A DNA stretch of 64,000 nucleotides from Desulfatiglandales bacterium (lineage in GTDB: Bacteria > Desulfobacterota > DSM-4660 > Desulfatiglandales > Desulfatiglandaceae): positions 6,496,001 through 6,560,000 of the forward strand of contig OY759599.1 of the NCBI GenBank assembly GCA_963662465.1, read 5' to 3'. The notes under the pieces were generated by a model that worked only from the letters and a program-made list of their open reading frames with translations, was not told the origin of the DNA and did no database searches. Positions within the stretch are counted from its first letter, which is position 1; the number at the start of each line of letters is the position of its first letter. Positions 56,016 through 64,000 of this stretch are shown in pieces. A program made the position numbers and the translations under genes.

Positions 56016-57851
56016 ATGACGCGTCCCGATTGCATCAGCAACAGAAATCTTAAGATCATCGACGCCTATGTCAAAAGTCGCCTGGGCCGGGAACATGACC
56101 TCTTTAAAGGGCTTCCCATGCCGGAAGGGTATCCTTCCCTGGAAAGTTTTTTCCTCAATGAGGACCAGTGGACCACCTATGATAATTTTGACCGGGTGTT
56201 TCGGCGGGCCAGGGAACTGGTGGGGGAACCGAATTTCTTTTTTGATTGCGGCGCTTCTTCGGCCCATCTTCGGTCTTGGGGTCGGCTCCATTACTTTGTG
56301 CGGGTTTTTGCCTCTCCCGGCGATGGGTACAAGCGGCTTCCCTTTTTCAATGAAAATTTCAATGACACAAAAACCCTTGAGATTATACGCCCACCCGCCT
56401 ACGATTCCGCGTCAAGAAAGGTCAAAACGCTCCTGAAAATAGCCTTTCACGATAATTTCGATCCAAACCGGGACTATATGGGAGATGCCTTTATGAGGGG
56501 CATCCTATCCTCCATTCCCACCATCTGGAATCTGCCCCCGGCCCTCATTGTGCAACCCCTGTCCCCATATGATCCCGAAATTGTGTTGAATCTGGACCCC
56601 GAATTTCTTCCCTACGGGCTGAAGGTACAGATCAAAAAAGACCGCATGTCCCTGCGGGATCCCGCCACCGGCGATACGGTTATTGTGGGGAAAACGGTTC
56701 TGCTGGAACCGGAAATGGTTAACGGCAAAAGTATCTATCTGGGGAAATACAGAGCGCTTTACGATAATTTTGAAGAGAATGCGAACGGCATGCAGAAAGC
56801 CATTCTGATCACTCGGACGTTCTCTTTAGACGGACGAAACCTCCTGCGGGAAGGGGAATTTTTTAAAGCCCCTTATTGTATTTTGCGGGTGTCCTTTGAT
56901 CGCATGTCCGTTTCCCACCGCATTTCCGAGGCTCTCAAATTGGGGAAGCGAAAAGGGGAAACGGGAAGTGAGGTGAGTGAGGTCATTGACCGGCTCCGTG
57001 AGAGCATCAAGGAAAAAAATCAAGTAAATCTGATGCTCCAGAAGACCAATCGAAAGCTCCGGGAAGCAAGGGACAGGCTGGATGCGGCCAACCGGGAATT
57101 GGAAGCCAAGGTGGAAGAGAGAACGGCAAAACTCCAACAGGCCCAGCAGGATTTGATCGTACTCAATCAGGGACTGGAGGATAAGGTCAAGGCGCAGGTC
57201 GTTAAGTTGCAACGATATGACCAACTGCGCCGCTATCTCTCCCCGAAGCTTGCGGAAACCATCCTGGCCGATGACAAGGGTCTGGGGTCCGAACCCCGGA
57301 GAAAGCTCCTGACCATTGTTTTTTCGGATATTCGTGGGTTTTCAAGCTTGACGGACAGTCTGGAACCGGAAGAATTGTTTCAACTCCTGAGCCATTACTT
57401 TTCCGTGATGACCGAGATTGTCCATCAACATGACGGTACCTTAAACAAAATGATTGGAGATGGTCTTCTGGTCTTTTTCGGTGATCCGGTCCCCATGGAC
57501 GATCATGCCGAACGGGCGGTGCAAATGGCCATTGCCATGCAGAAAAAAGTGAAGCAACTGAAACAGGCGTGGGGCCGTTATGGCCATGATTTGGGGGTAG
57601 GCATTGGTATCAATACCGGTTATGTGACCGTCGGCAATGTGGGTTCCGACATGCACCGGGACTATACCATTATCGGCAACCAGGTCAATGTGGCGTCACG
57701 ACTGGAAAACCTGGCAAAACCGGAGGAGATTCTCATCAGTCGACGAACTCTCAGTCTGCTGAAAGACCCGGGACCGGTGAAAGAGATGGGGGATATTGAG
57801 GTTAAAGGGATTCACAGCCCCGTTAAAACCTATCGGGTGCCCTGGGAATAA
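56016..57851 (+). CDS. Soluble class III adenylate cyclase with uncharacterised N-terminal domain and coiled coil
   Basis: LEAKVEERT signalling helix; RYLSP; FSDIRGFS, NKMIGDG, GINTG, YTIIGNQVNVASRLE, VKG; no TM. Confidence 0.88.
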   Translation: MTRPDCISNRNLKIIDAYVKSRLGREHDLFKGLPMPEGYPSLESFFLNEDQWTTYDNFDRVFRRARELVGEPNFFFDCGASSAHLRSWGRLHYFVRVFASPGDGYKRLPFFNENFNDTKTLEIIRPPAYDSASRKVKTLLKIAFHDNFDPNRDYMGDAFMRGILSSIPTIWNLPPALIVQPLSPYDPEIVLNLDPEFLPYGLKVQIKKDRMSLRDPATGDTVIVGKTVLLEPEMVNGKSIYLGKYRALYDNFEENANGMQKAILITRTFSLDGRNLLREGEFFKAPYCILRVSFDRMSVSHRISEALKLGKRKGETGSEVSEVIDRLRESIKEKNQVNLMLQKTNRKLREARDRLDAANRELEAKVEERTAKLQQAQQDLIVLNQGLEDKVKAQVVKLQRYDQLRRYLSPKLAETILADDKGLGSEPRRKLLTIVFSDIRGFSSLTDSLEPEELFQLLSHYFSVMTEIVHQHDGTLNKMIGDGLLVFFGDPVPMDDHAERAVQMAIAMQKKVKQLKQAWGRYGHDLGVGIGINTGYVTVGNVGSDMHRDYTIIGNQVNVASRLENLAKPEEILISRRTLSLLKDPGPVKEMGDIEVKGIHSPVKTYRVPWE

Positions 57852-57875
57852 CCTTTTAAGGGGCGGATTAGATGG

Positions 57876-58328
57876 CTACAGCTCCAGTTTCTTGGTGAGA
57901 TGAATAAAATCACTCCGATTGAATCCGAGCGTTTTGAAAAAGGAGAGAAGGTCAACAGAGTCCCAGCGAACCGTTGTGAAAATATAATCAATGCCCTTTT
58001 CGCGATAAACCGTTACCAGCTTTTCCGCCAGTACACGACCGATGCCTTCCCCCATATATTTTGGGTGAACTCCCAGGGTGGCGATCCATGCGCTTTTTTT
58101 AAGGCCAAACCCCCCGAAAACAATATAGCTGATCATGTAACCCACGATTCTGCCATTCAATTCCGCTGAATAGCTGACATCTTCGTTTTTTTGAACCTGG
58201 TCTTCAATGATTTGCTTAAAATCGATAACGGCCGGGGGGTTGGTAATGGTTGAATGTATGGCTGTGATCTCCGGTGCGTCTTCGGGCTTAATTTTTCTGA
58301 TCAGCAAATTATTCAACACATCATCCAT
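57876..58328 (-). CDS. GNAT-family N-acetyltransferase
   Basis: IVGY, LGVHPKYMGEGIGR motif A, FFKTLGF. Confidence 0.85.
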   Translation of the reverse strand: MDDVLNNLLIRKIKPEDAPEITAIHSTITNPPAVIDFKQIIEDQVQKNEDVSYSAELNGRIVGYMISYIVFGGFGLKKSAWIATLGVHPKYMGEGIGRVLAEKLVTVYREKGIDYIFTTVRWDSVDLLSFFKTLGFNRSDFIHLTKKLEL

Positions 58329-58340
58329 GAAGCAAGTCCT

Positions 58341-58529
58341 TTAATCCACTCTGACGATTTTTACGCGGCAACCCACCCAGTCCGGCGGAAGATAGACCCG
58401 CCCACTGTTTCCGCTTAGTTTAACGATCTTTTCGACCATTTCCTCGCCATAGATCTCCAACTTGACTTTCCCCCTGCCCTTGGCCGGAGCGGTGTTCTCT
58501 TCGTTTTTTGATTTCTTTTCATCCGGCAT
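58341..58529 (-). CDS. DUF2080-like small protein (AbrB-like fold)
   Basis: YGEEMVEKIVKLSGNSGRVYLPPDWVGCRVKIVR; 62 aa. Confidence 0.7.
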   Translation of the reverse strand: MPDEKKSKNEENTAPAKGRGKVKLEIYGEEMVEKIVKLSGNSGRVYLPPDWVGCRVKIVRVD

Positions 58530-58749
58530 TTTGTTAGACTTTTCCGCAATACCCTTTGGAACCGCAATAGGCAGCAAGCTGCTGATTTTAATAGTGGTTA
58601 GAAAAAACATGCCTATGACGAGCTGCATGACGTGATTACAATCTAGCTACATCGTAACTACCTGTCAAGAAAAATGAGGGGTTTGCGCCGAGCCCATGCA
58701 TTTTTTTGAAAATGCGTGGGTTCAATTTGGGCACTTGAGCAAGGAGTGA

Positions 58750-59454
58750 ATGATAATGCAAAAAATGGACCCCCGGTACTTGAATTCCACCGCCATTCTC
58801 GACAGCGACCACCCGGCTGTAAAAGCCCATGCGGAAAAGACCGTCGGCAATGCCAATGATCCCGTGGAGAAGGCGGTGAAACTCTACTATGCCGTGAGAG
58901 ACGGCATCTGGTATGACCCGTACTATCCATTCTATCTTCCCGAACACTACCGCGCCAGCAATGTGCTGCAAAGCGGCCGGGGATACTGCGTTTGCAAGGC
59001 ATCGCTCCTTTGCGCTCTTGGCAGGGCCTGTCAAATTCCCGCCAGGATCGGTTTCGCCGATGTGAAGAACCATCTGGCTACACGGCAACTGCTGGAATTT
59101 CTGGGGAGCAACCTGTTTGTGTACCACGGCTACGTGGAATTTTATCTGGAGGGAAAATGGGTCAAAGCCACGCCCGCCTTTAACCGGGAGCTGTGCGAAC
59201 GACACCATGTGGCCCCTTTGGAATTCAATGGCCGGGATGATTCCATCTTTCATCCCTACAACCTGGAAAGCCGGCAGTTCATGGAGTATGTGGCCGATCA
59301 CGGGACCTATGCGGATATTTCCGTGGACATGCTGGTGGCGGGCTGGAAAGCCGCCTATGGGGAGACCCGGGTCCAGGGTTGGATCGAAACTTTCAAAAAG
59401 CGGGGCGGGACAAGCGGCCGGGACTTTTTCAAAGAGGAAATTGTCAAGATTTGA
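58750..59454 (+). CDS. Transglutaminase-like domain protein
   Basis: LYYAVRDGIWYDPY, GYCVCKA, PARIGFADVKNH, HGY, WVKATPAF; AGGAG RBS. Confidence 0.85.
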   Translation: MIMQKMDPRYLNSTAILDSDHPAVKAHAEKTVGNANDPVEKAVKLYYAVRDGIWYDPYYPFYLPEHYRASNVLQSGRGYCVCKASLLCALGRACQIPARIGFADVKNHLATRQLLEFLGSNLFVYHGYVEFYLEGKWVKATPAFNRELCERHHVAPLEFNGRDDSIFHPYNLESRQFMEYVADHGTYADISVDMLVAGWKAAYGETRVQGWIETFKKRGGTSGRDFFKEEIVKI

Positions 59455-59482
59455 AAGTAGATGATATGGTTGCTGTTTTTTT

Positions 59483-59515
59483 ACTTAAAACCTAAAACTT
59501 AAAACTTAAAACCTA
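59483..59515. repeat. Heptamer array (ACYTAAA)x4 overlapping the methyltransferase stop
   Basis: acttaaa acctaaa acttaaa acttaaa accta; TAG on minus strand at 59513-59515. Confidence 0.88.
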
Positions 59516-60505
59516 TTTTGTCCCCACCATAATGCCTGAATCGGTGGGCCCTCTAAAGGGCAGCCGTTCAATATGGTGCAAACCGGATTTTTCCATCATC
59601 TCATGAATCCGGTCTTCGGTATAGGATCGTCCTCTTTTGGTGTTGATCAGCATGTTCAGGGAAAAAAGGGCCGGAAAAAGGGGCCCGTCGGACATGTTGT
59701 TTAAAATGAAATCGTGTACCAGGAGGGTTCCCCCGTCATCCAGGGCCGACGCCGCTTTTTGTATGATCATGTCACATGCATCCGGTCCCTCGCCGTGCAG
59801 GATATGGGAAAGCCATGCCACGTCGTAGTGTCCTTTGATGTCCTCTTTTACATAATTGCAGGGCGTAAAATGGATCCGGTCTGAAAGTCCGAAACGGGTG
59901 ATGGTTTTTTCCGCAAAGGGTCGGGTGGCGGCAAGGTCCGCCACCGTTGCTGTTAGTTCCGGGTTGGCCAGGCAAAAATGGATGGCATAGGTGCCGGGAC
60001 CGCCGCCCAGGTCCAGAAAACGTGTTTTTCCCTGAAGATCAATTTCCTTTGAAACCCGGGGCGCAATGGCCATGGCCAGATTGAACATCCCCATGAGAAA
60101 ACTTTCTCGGGTTTTGTCGTCGCGAACCACGCTTTTCCCGACGGACCGTCCGGTTCTGGCGGCCTCATCCAGACGGGACCAGGGTTCCACCAGGTGATGG
60201 TGGTGCATGATCATGAAACCGATATACCGGGGAGAGTCCTTGACCAGAAAGGTGAGACCCTCCGGTGTATTGGCATACTGATCCGCTTTTTTGACCAGCA
60301 GTTTCATGGCTGAAAGCCCATTTAAGAGGGTTTCCATGCCGCGCAAGTCAAAATCGAGCCGTTGGGCCAGTTCATCCGCCCCCATCTTTCCGTTGCCGAT
60401 TTCCGAAAACACGTCCAATTTTACACCCGCATGAAGGGTGCAGGTCTCCCAGTATTTTCCTGATAATGCCAGCAGTTCTCCCGCATTCCATGCCGCCATG
60501 GTCAT
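59513..60505 (-). CDS. SAM-dependent O-methyltransferase with dimerisation domain
   Basis: LHAGVKLDVF wHTH, LDLGGGPG, SHILH, LFSLNML, GRSY. Confidence 0.85.
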   Translation of the reverse strand: MTMAAWNAGELLALSGKYWETCTLHAGVKLDVFSEIGNGKMGADELAQRLDFDLRGMETLLNGLSAMKLLVKKADQYANTPEGLTFLVKDSPRYIGFMIMHHHHLVEPWSRLDEAARTGRSVGKSVVRDDKTRESFLMGMFNLAMAIAPRVSKEIDLQGKTRFLDLGGGPGTYAIHFCLANPELTATVADLAATRPFAEKTITRFGLSDRIHFTPCNYVKEDIKGHYDVAWLSHILHGEGPDACDMIIQKAASALDDGGTLLVHDFILNNMSDGPLFPALFSLNMLINTKRGRSYTEDRIHEMMEKSGLHHIERLPFRGPTDSGIMVGTK

Positions 60506-60650
60506 TTTCCCCCGATCCATTTTGTCAAGATGCTTCAATGCCCCAGATCCGGCATTCTCTACCAATAGATGGAAAAAATCAAGTTCCGAAAATGGTTTTT
60601 GGTTTGCCTTGGCATATTGACATCCACCGGCAATGGGAATAGGGTAGAAA

Positions 60651-60678
60651 TTTTGAGTTTTGAGTTTTGGGTTATGAA
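60651..60678. repeat. Heptamer array (TTWTGRR)x4 in the divergent intergenic region
   Basis: ttttgag ttttgag ttttggg ttatgaa. Confidence 0.75.
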
Positions 60679-60714
60679 GTTTCTGGGGTCTGGGCATTTT
60701 CTGGAGAAAAACAG

Positions 60715-61296
60715 TTGGAAAACACAAGTCGTTATGCCATTACCGTCATCTGTGAGGATCGGGTGGGGCTGGTGGGTCGATTTACCGGGGCCATCACGCG
60801 CCTCGGCGGCAACATCGAGGTGCTGGATCAAAATGTTCGCCTGGGTTATTTTGTCATTACCCTGATGGCCACATTTGAAACCGGTGTCACCGCCGAAGCC
60901 GTTCGCGGGGGGTTGAAAAAAATCGGTGAAACCGGGGCCATGGCGGTCAGTGTTCTGCCCCGCCGCGAAGCGCTGATTCCCCCGGCCGGAGAGGGCGCGC
61001 CGTTTGTTCTGGCCATGGCGGGAATCGATGTGCCGGGCAATTTTTCAATGGTGACCACCTGTCTGGCCCAACACCGCATCAATGTGGAAGAACTCACCTG
61101 TCAAACCGAAGGGAATCGCTTTACCATCATCGGAGAGATTACCGTCCCCCATGAGGTCGACGCCAAAGCGGTGAGAATGGAGTTGACGCGCCTTTTGGCC
61201 GACAGGGAAGTGAAGGTCTCCCTGATGCACGCGGACATTTTTGATGCCACCAACCGGATTCCCATGCCCAAACGTCATACGGAAAGTCTATTATGA
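60715..61296 (+). CDS. Tandem ACT-domain protein (GcvR-like)
   Basis: ITVICEDRVGLV...GGNI and AGIDVPG...INV ACT motifs; C-terminal DIF; TTG start after GGAG. Confidence 0.78.
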   Translation: MENTSRYAITVICEDRVGLVGRFTGAITRLGGNIEVLDQNVRLGYFVITLMATFETGVTAEAVRGGLKKIGETGAMAVSVLPRREALIPPAGEGAPFVLAMAGIDVPGNFSMVTTCLAQHRINVEELTCQTEGNRFTIIGEITVPHEVDAKAVRMELTRLLADREVKVSLMHADIFDATNRIPMPKRHTESLL

Positions 61297-62666
61297 ACAG
61301 AAAAGAAGATATCCTCTCAACGGTTCGCATGTTTCAGGAAGAAAATCTGGATGTGCGCACGGTGACCCTCGGCATCAACGTCACCGACTGCATATCCTCG
61401 GATGTTTCGAGGTTCTGTGAAAATCTGGAAGAAAAAATTAAACGGGTGGCGGGTTCCCTGGTGCCCGTCTGTGAGCGTATTTCGGAGCGTTACGGCATTC
61501 CGGTGGTGAACAAACGCCTGGCCATCTCGCCTGTCGGGTCCATTTGCGGTCGGATGGAGGGCCCTGGCTTTCTGCAACTGGCCATGGCCCTGGATCATGC
61601 CGCACAGTCCGTGGGCGTGGACCTTCTGGGGGGCTTCACGGCCCTGGTGCAAAAGGGCGCAACGCCGTCGGAAACGCGACTCATGGACAGCCTGCCCGAG
61701 GTCCTCTCTCGAACGAATCGGGTTTGTGCTTCCATCAACGTGGCCACCTCCAAGGCCGGCATCAATATGGATGCCATTTTGAGACTGGGGCATATTATCA
61801 AACTTGCGGCGGAAAAGAGCGCGGAGCAGGGCGGCTTTGCCTGTGCGAAACTATGTATCTTCGCCAATATGCCCGAGGACAACCCCTTCATGGCCGGGGC
61901 CTACCTGGGGTTCGGAGAAGGGGAGGCCGTGATCAATGTGGGCATCTCCGGCCCCGGCGTGGTGAAACGAGCCATCGAACGGTTGCGGGCCGCGACCCCC
62001 GATCTGGATTTGCAGATGCTGGCCAGCGAGATCAAACAGACGGCGTTCCGGGTAACCCGGGTGGGCGAACTCCTGGGCCGGGAGGTGGCGCAGGGCGTGG
62101 GTGCGGCCTTTGGGGGGATCGATCTTTCCCTTGCGCCCACCCCCAAGGTGGGGGATTCCGTGGGTGAAATCCTGCAGGCCATGGGCATATCAAAAATCGG
62201 GGCCCCGGGCAGCACTGCGGCGGTTGCCATGCTGAACGATGCGGTCAAAAAAGGGGGGTTGTTCGCGTCTTCTTCGGTGGGGGGAATGAGCGGTGCTTTT
62301 ATTCCCGTGGCTGAAGACAGTGCGCTGGCCCAGGCTGCGGCGGACGGGACCCTTTCCATTGAAAAACTGGAGGCCATGACGTCCGTCTGTTCCGTGGGGC
62401 TGGACATGGTCTGTATTCCGGGCGACACGGATGCGGACACCATCAGCGCCCTCATCGCTGATGAAATGGCCATCGGCGTCATCAACAACAAAACCACCGC
62501 CACACGCCTGATCCCCGTCCCCGGGAAAAAACCGGGGGAATGGGTACACTGGGGCGGACTCTTCGGGGCCTCTCCCATCATGGCCATCCGTGCCCCCGGC
62601 GCTTCCAGCGCATTTGTCCGTTGCGGGGGCCGCATTCCGGCGCCCGTTCATTCCTTTAAGAATTAA
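61293..62666 (+). CDS. DUF711/UPF0210 (PFL-like) family protein
   Basis: LDVRTVTLGI, VVNKRLAISP, DNPFMAGA, VGISGPGVV, DLSLAPTP, EKLEAMTSVCSVGLDM, GRIPAPVHSFKN; ACT partner upstream. Confidence 0.88.
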   Translation: MNRKEDILSTVRMFQEENLDVRTVTLGINVTDCISSDVSRFCENLEEKIKRVAGSLVPVCERISERYGIPVVNKRLAISPVGSICGRMEGPGFLQLAMALDHAAQSVGVDLLGGFTALVQKGATPSETRLMDSLPEVLSRTNRVCASINVATSKAGINMDAILRLGHIIKLAAEKSAEQGGFACAKLCIFANMPEDNPFMAGAYLGFGEGEAVINVGISGPGVVKRAIERLRAATPDLDLQMLASEIKQTAFRVTRVGELLGREVAQGVGAAFGGIDLSLAPTPKVGDSVGEILQAMGISKIGAPGSTAAVAMLNDAVKKGGLFASSSVGGMSGAFIPVAEDSALAQAAADGTLSIEKLEAMTSVCSVGLDMVCIPGDTDADTISALIADEMAIGVINNKTTATRLIPVPGKKPGEWVHWGGLFGASPIMAIRAPGASSAFVRCGGRIPAPVHSFKN

Positions 62667-62682
62667 TTTTTTATCCTCCCCC

Positions 62683-62699
62683 CTAACGGGATCCTAACA
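62683..62699 (+). promoter_or_regulatory. Candidate OmpR/PhoB-family operator (11-bp-spaced direct repeat)
   Basis: ctaacg-ggatc-ctaaca upstream of the response regulator. Confidence 0.35.
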
Positions 62700-62749
62700 T
62701 TTCCGTATTAGGTTAAATCACAACATAATTTCATATGCGAGATTGCAAT

Positions 62750-63439
62750 ATGCCGAAAGAAAAAATCCTTGTGGTGGATGACGAAGAAGACATCCTGGAA
62801 TTGGTACGATTTAACCTCTCAAAAGAAGGATATCAGGTGGTTTGCGCGGCAACCGGGGAGAAGGCCGTTGAAATGGCGCGATCAGAACTCCCGGATCTCA
62901 TGGTGCTGGATCTGATGCTGCCCGGTATGGATGGCCTTGAAGTCGCTGGATTCCTCAAGAACCACCCGGAAACGCACCATCTCCCCATTGTGATGTTGAC
63001 TGCCAAAGGGGATGAATCGGATGTCGTGACGGGTTTGGAGCTGGGAGCGGACGATTATGTCACCAAACCCTTCAGCCCGAAGATTCTGGTGGCCAGAATC
63101 AAAGCGGTCCTCCGTAGGAAGGCAACGGATACTCCGGACGATTCGGAAGTGGTCAAAATCCACAATCTGGTCATCCATCCGGGTCGCCGGGAGGTTAGAG
63201 TGGCCGGCAAACCGGTCGATTTGACCTTTACGGAATTCGGCGTTTTGAGTTATCTGGTGCGGAGGCCGGGATGGGTATTTACCCGTTCGCAGATTGTAGA
63301 TGCGGTTCGAGGGTCTGATTATTTCGTTACCGACCGTTCCGTGGATGTGCAGATAGTGGGTCTCAGGAAAAAACTGGGCAGTATGGGTCAATATATTGAA
63401 ACGGTTCGAGGCGTCGGATATCGATTCAAGGAGGAATAG
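62750..63439 (+). CDS. OmpR/PhoB-family response regulator
   Basis: VVDDE, LDLMLPGMDG, MLTAK, GADDYVTKPFS, wHTH with RSVDVQI..LRKKL, TVRGVGY. Confidence 0.92.
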   Translation: MPKEKILVVDDEEDILELVRFNLSKEGYQVVCAATGEKAVEMARSELPDLMVLDLMLPGMDGLEVAGFLKNHPETHHLPIVMLTAKGDESDVVTGLELGADDYVTKPFSPKILVARIKAVLRRKATDTPDDSEVVKIHNLVIHPGRREVRVAGKPVDLTFTEFGVLSYLVRRPGWVFTRSQIVDAVRGSDYFVTDRSVDVQIVGLRKKLGSMGQYIETVRGVGYRFKEE

Positions 63440-63442
63440 TTT

Positions 63443-64000
63443 ATGGCGGTAAAAAGGCGGTTGTTCTGGCAGCTCTTCCCTTCCTATTTGCTGATCACCC
63501 TCATTTCTCTTGTGGCTGTCGCCTGGTACGCTTCAAGCGCCATCAGGCACTTTTATATCGAACAGACAACGACCGATCTGGAGGCCCGCGCACGTCTTTT
63601 TGAAGAGCAGATCTCGGGACGGATCAATCCTTTGGATGTCCACACCATAGACCGATTGACAAAGAAAGCCGGGAAGCATTCTTTAACCCGCTTGACCGTC
63701 ATCCTTCCTTCCGGAAGGGTCGTCGGCGATTCCCATGAAGATCTCGCCGCCATGGACAACCATGCGGATCGTCCAGAGTTCATTGGCGCCATAAAAGATC
63801 ACCGCGGCGCTTCTCTGAGGCATAGCATTACCCTTAATCAGAACTTCATGTATGTTGCGGCGCCCGTTAAAAAAGATTCCCATACAATTGCCGTGGTCAG
63901 GGCTTCTATTCCCATCAGCGCCATTGACAATGCGCTCGATGCTATCCAGGTGAAGGTGTTGCTTGCGGGGCTTGCGATGGCGATGTTTGCTGCAATCCTC
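63443..64000 (+). CDS. PhoR-like sensor histidine kinase (3'-truncated by window edge)
   Basis: ATG 63443 after GGAGG; MAVKRRLFWQLFPSY TM, periplasmic RLTVI...GDS...MDNHADRPEF, second TM at window end; follows the response regulator. Confidence 0.8.
   Translation, partial: MAVKRRLFWQLFPSYLLITLISLVAVAWYASSAIRHFYIEQTTTDLEARARLFEEQISGRINPLDVHTIDRLTKKAGKHSLTRLTVILPSGRVVGDSHEDLAAMDNHADRPEFIGAIKDHRGASLRHSITLNQNFMYVAAPVKKDSHTIAVVRASIPISAIDNALDAIQVKVLLAGLAMAMFAAIL

Overview
A gene-dense 64 kb bacterial window. Gene content and order (gspK-L-M-N-C-[exeA/B]-D-E, fused PurS/PurL, TRAP DctP, ADP-forming acyl-CoA ligase, many cNMP proteins) suggest a Desulfobacterota/deltaproteobacterial chromosome; this is inference. 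In order it holds: the distal part of a type II secretion operon; LysM and protease genes; nadE, cNMP-PilZ, cNMP and queDEC; a DUF3782-like nuclease-fold protein; dctP; purQ/purL; a ClpX-like ATPase; a cNMP-FHA, larE-like, hydantoinase and deacetylase cluster; a glycan/glycosylation region; a second adenylate cyclase; small accessory genes; an ACT + DUF711 pair; and a PhoB/PhoR-like pair running off the end. The glycan region (AMIN, anchored beta-rich protein, GT2, B12-radical SAM, carbamoyltransferase, GT-C, poly-Thr FecR protein, outer membrane beta-barrel, OPX, Wzc, PHP phosphatase) is interrupted by a REP doublet, a complete group II intron and a repeat-flanked CHASE2 adenylate cyclase. 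Three non-coding signals stand out. (1) About 15 short 7-nt tandem arrays of several sequence families sit almost only at gene junctions, carry stop codons and often form inverted pairs; one pair encloses what looks like the decayed 3' end of a four-helix-bundle (23S rRNA-IVP-like) gene. (2) The group II intron's EBS1 is complementary to the end of the REP hairpin it sits against. (3) A G-T-tolerant hairpin element has a right arm that is directly repeated on both sides of the CHASE2 cyclase. No rRNA, tRNA or CRISPR array was recognised. All family assignments come from motif recognition by eye, not database searches.
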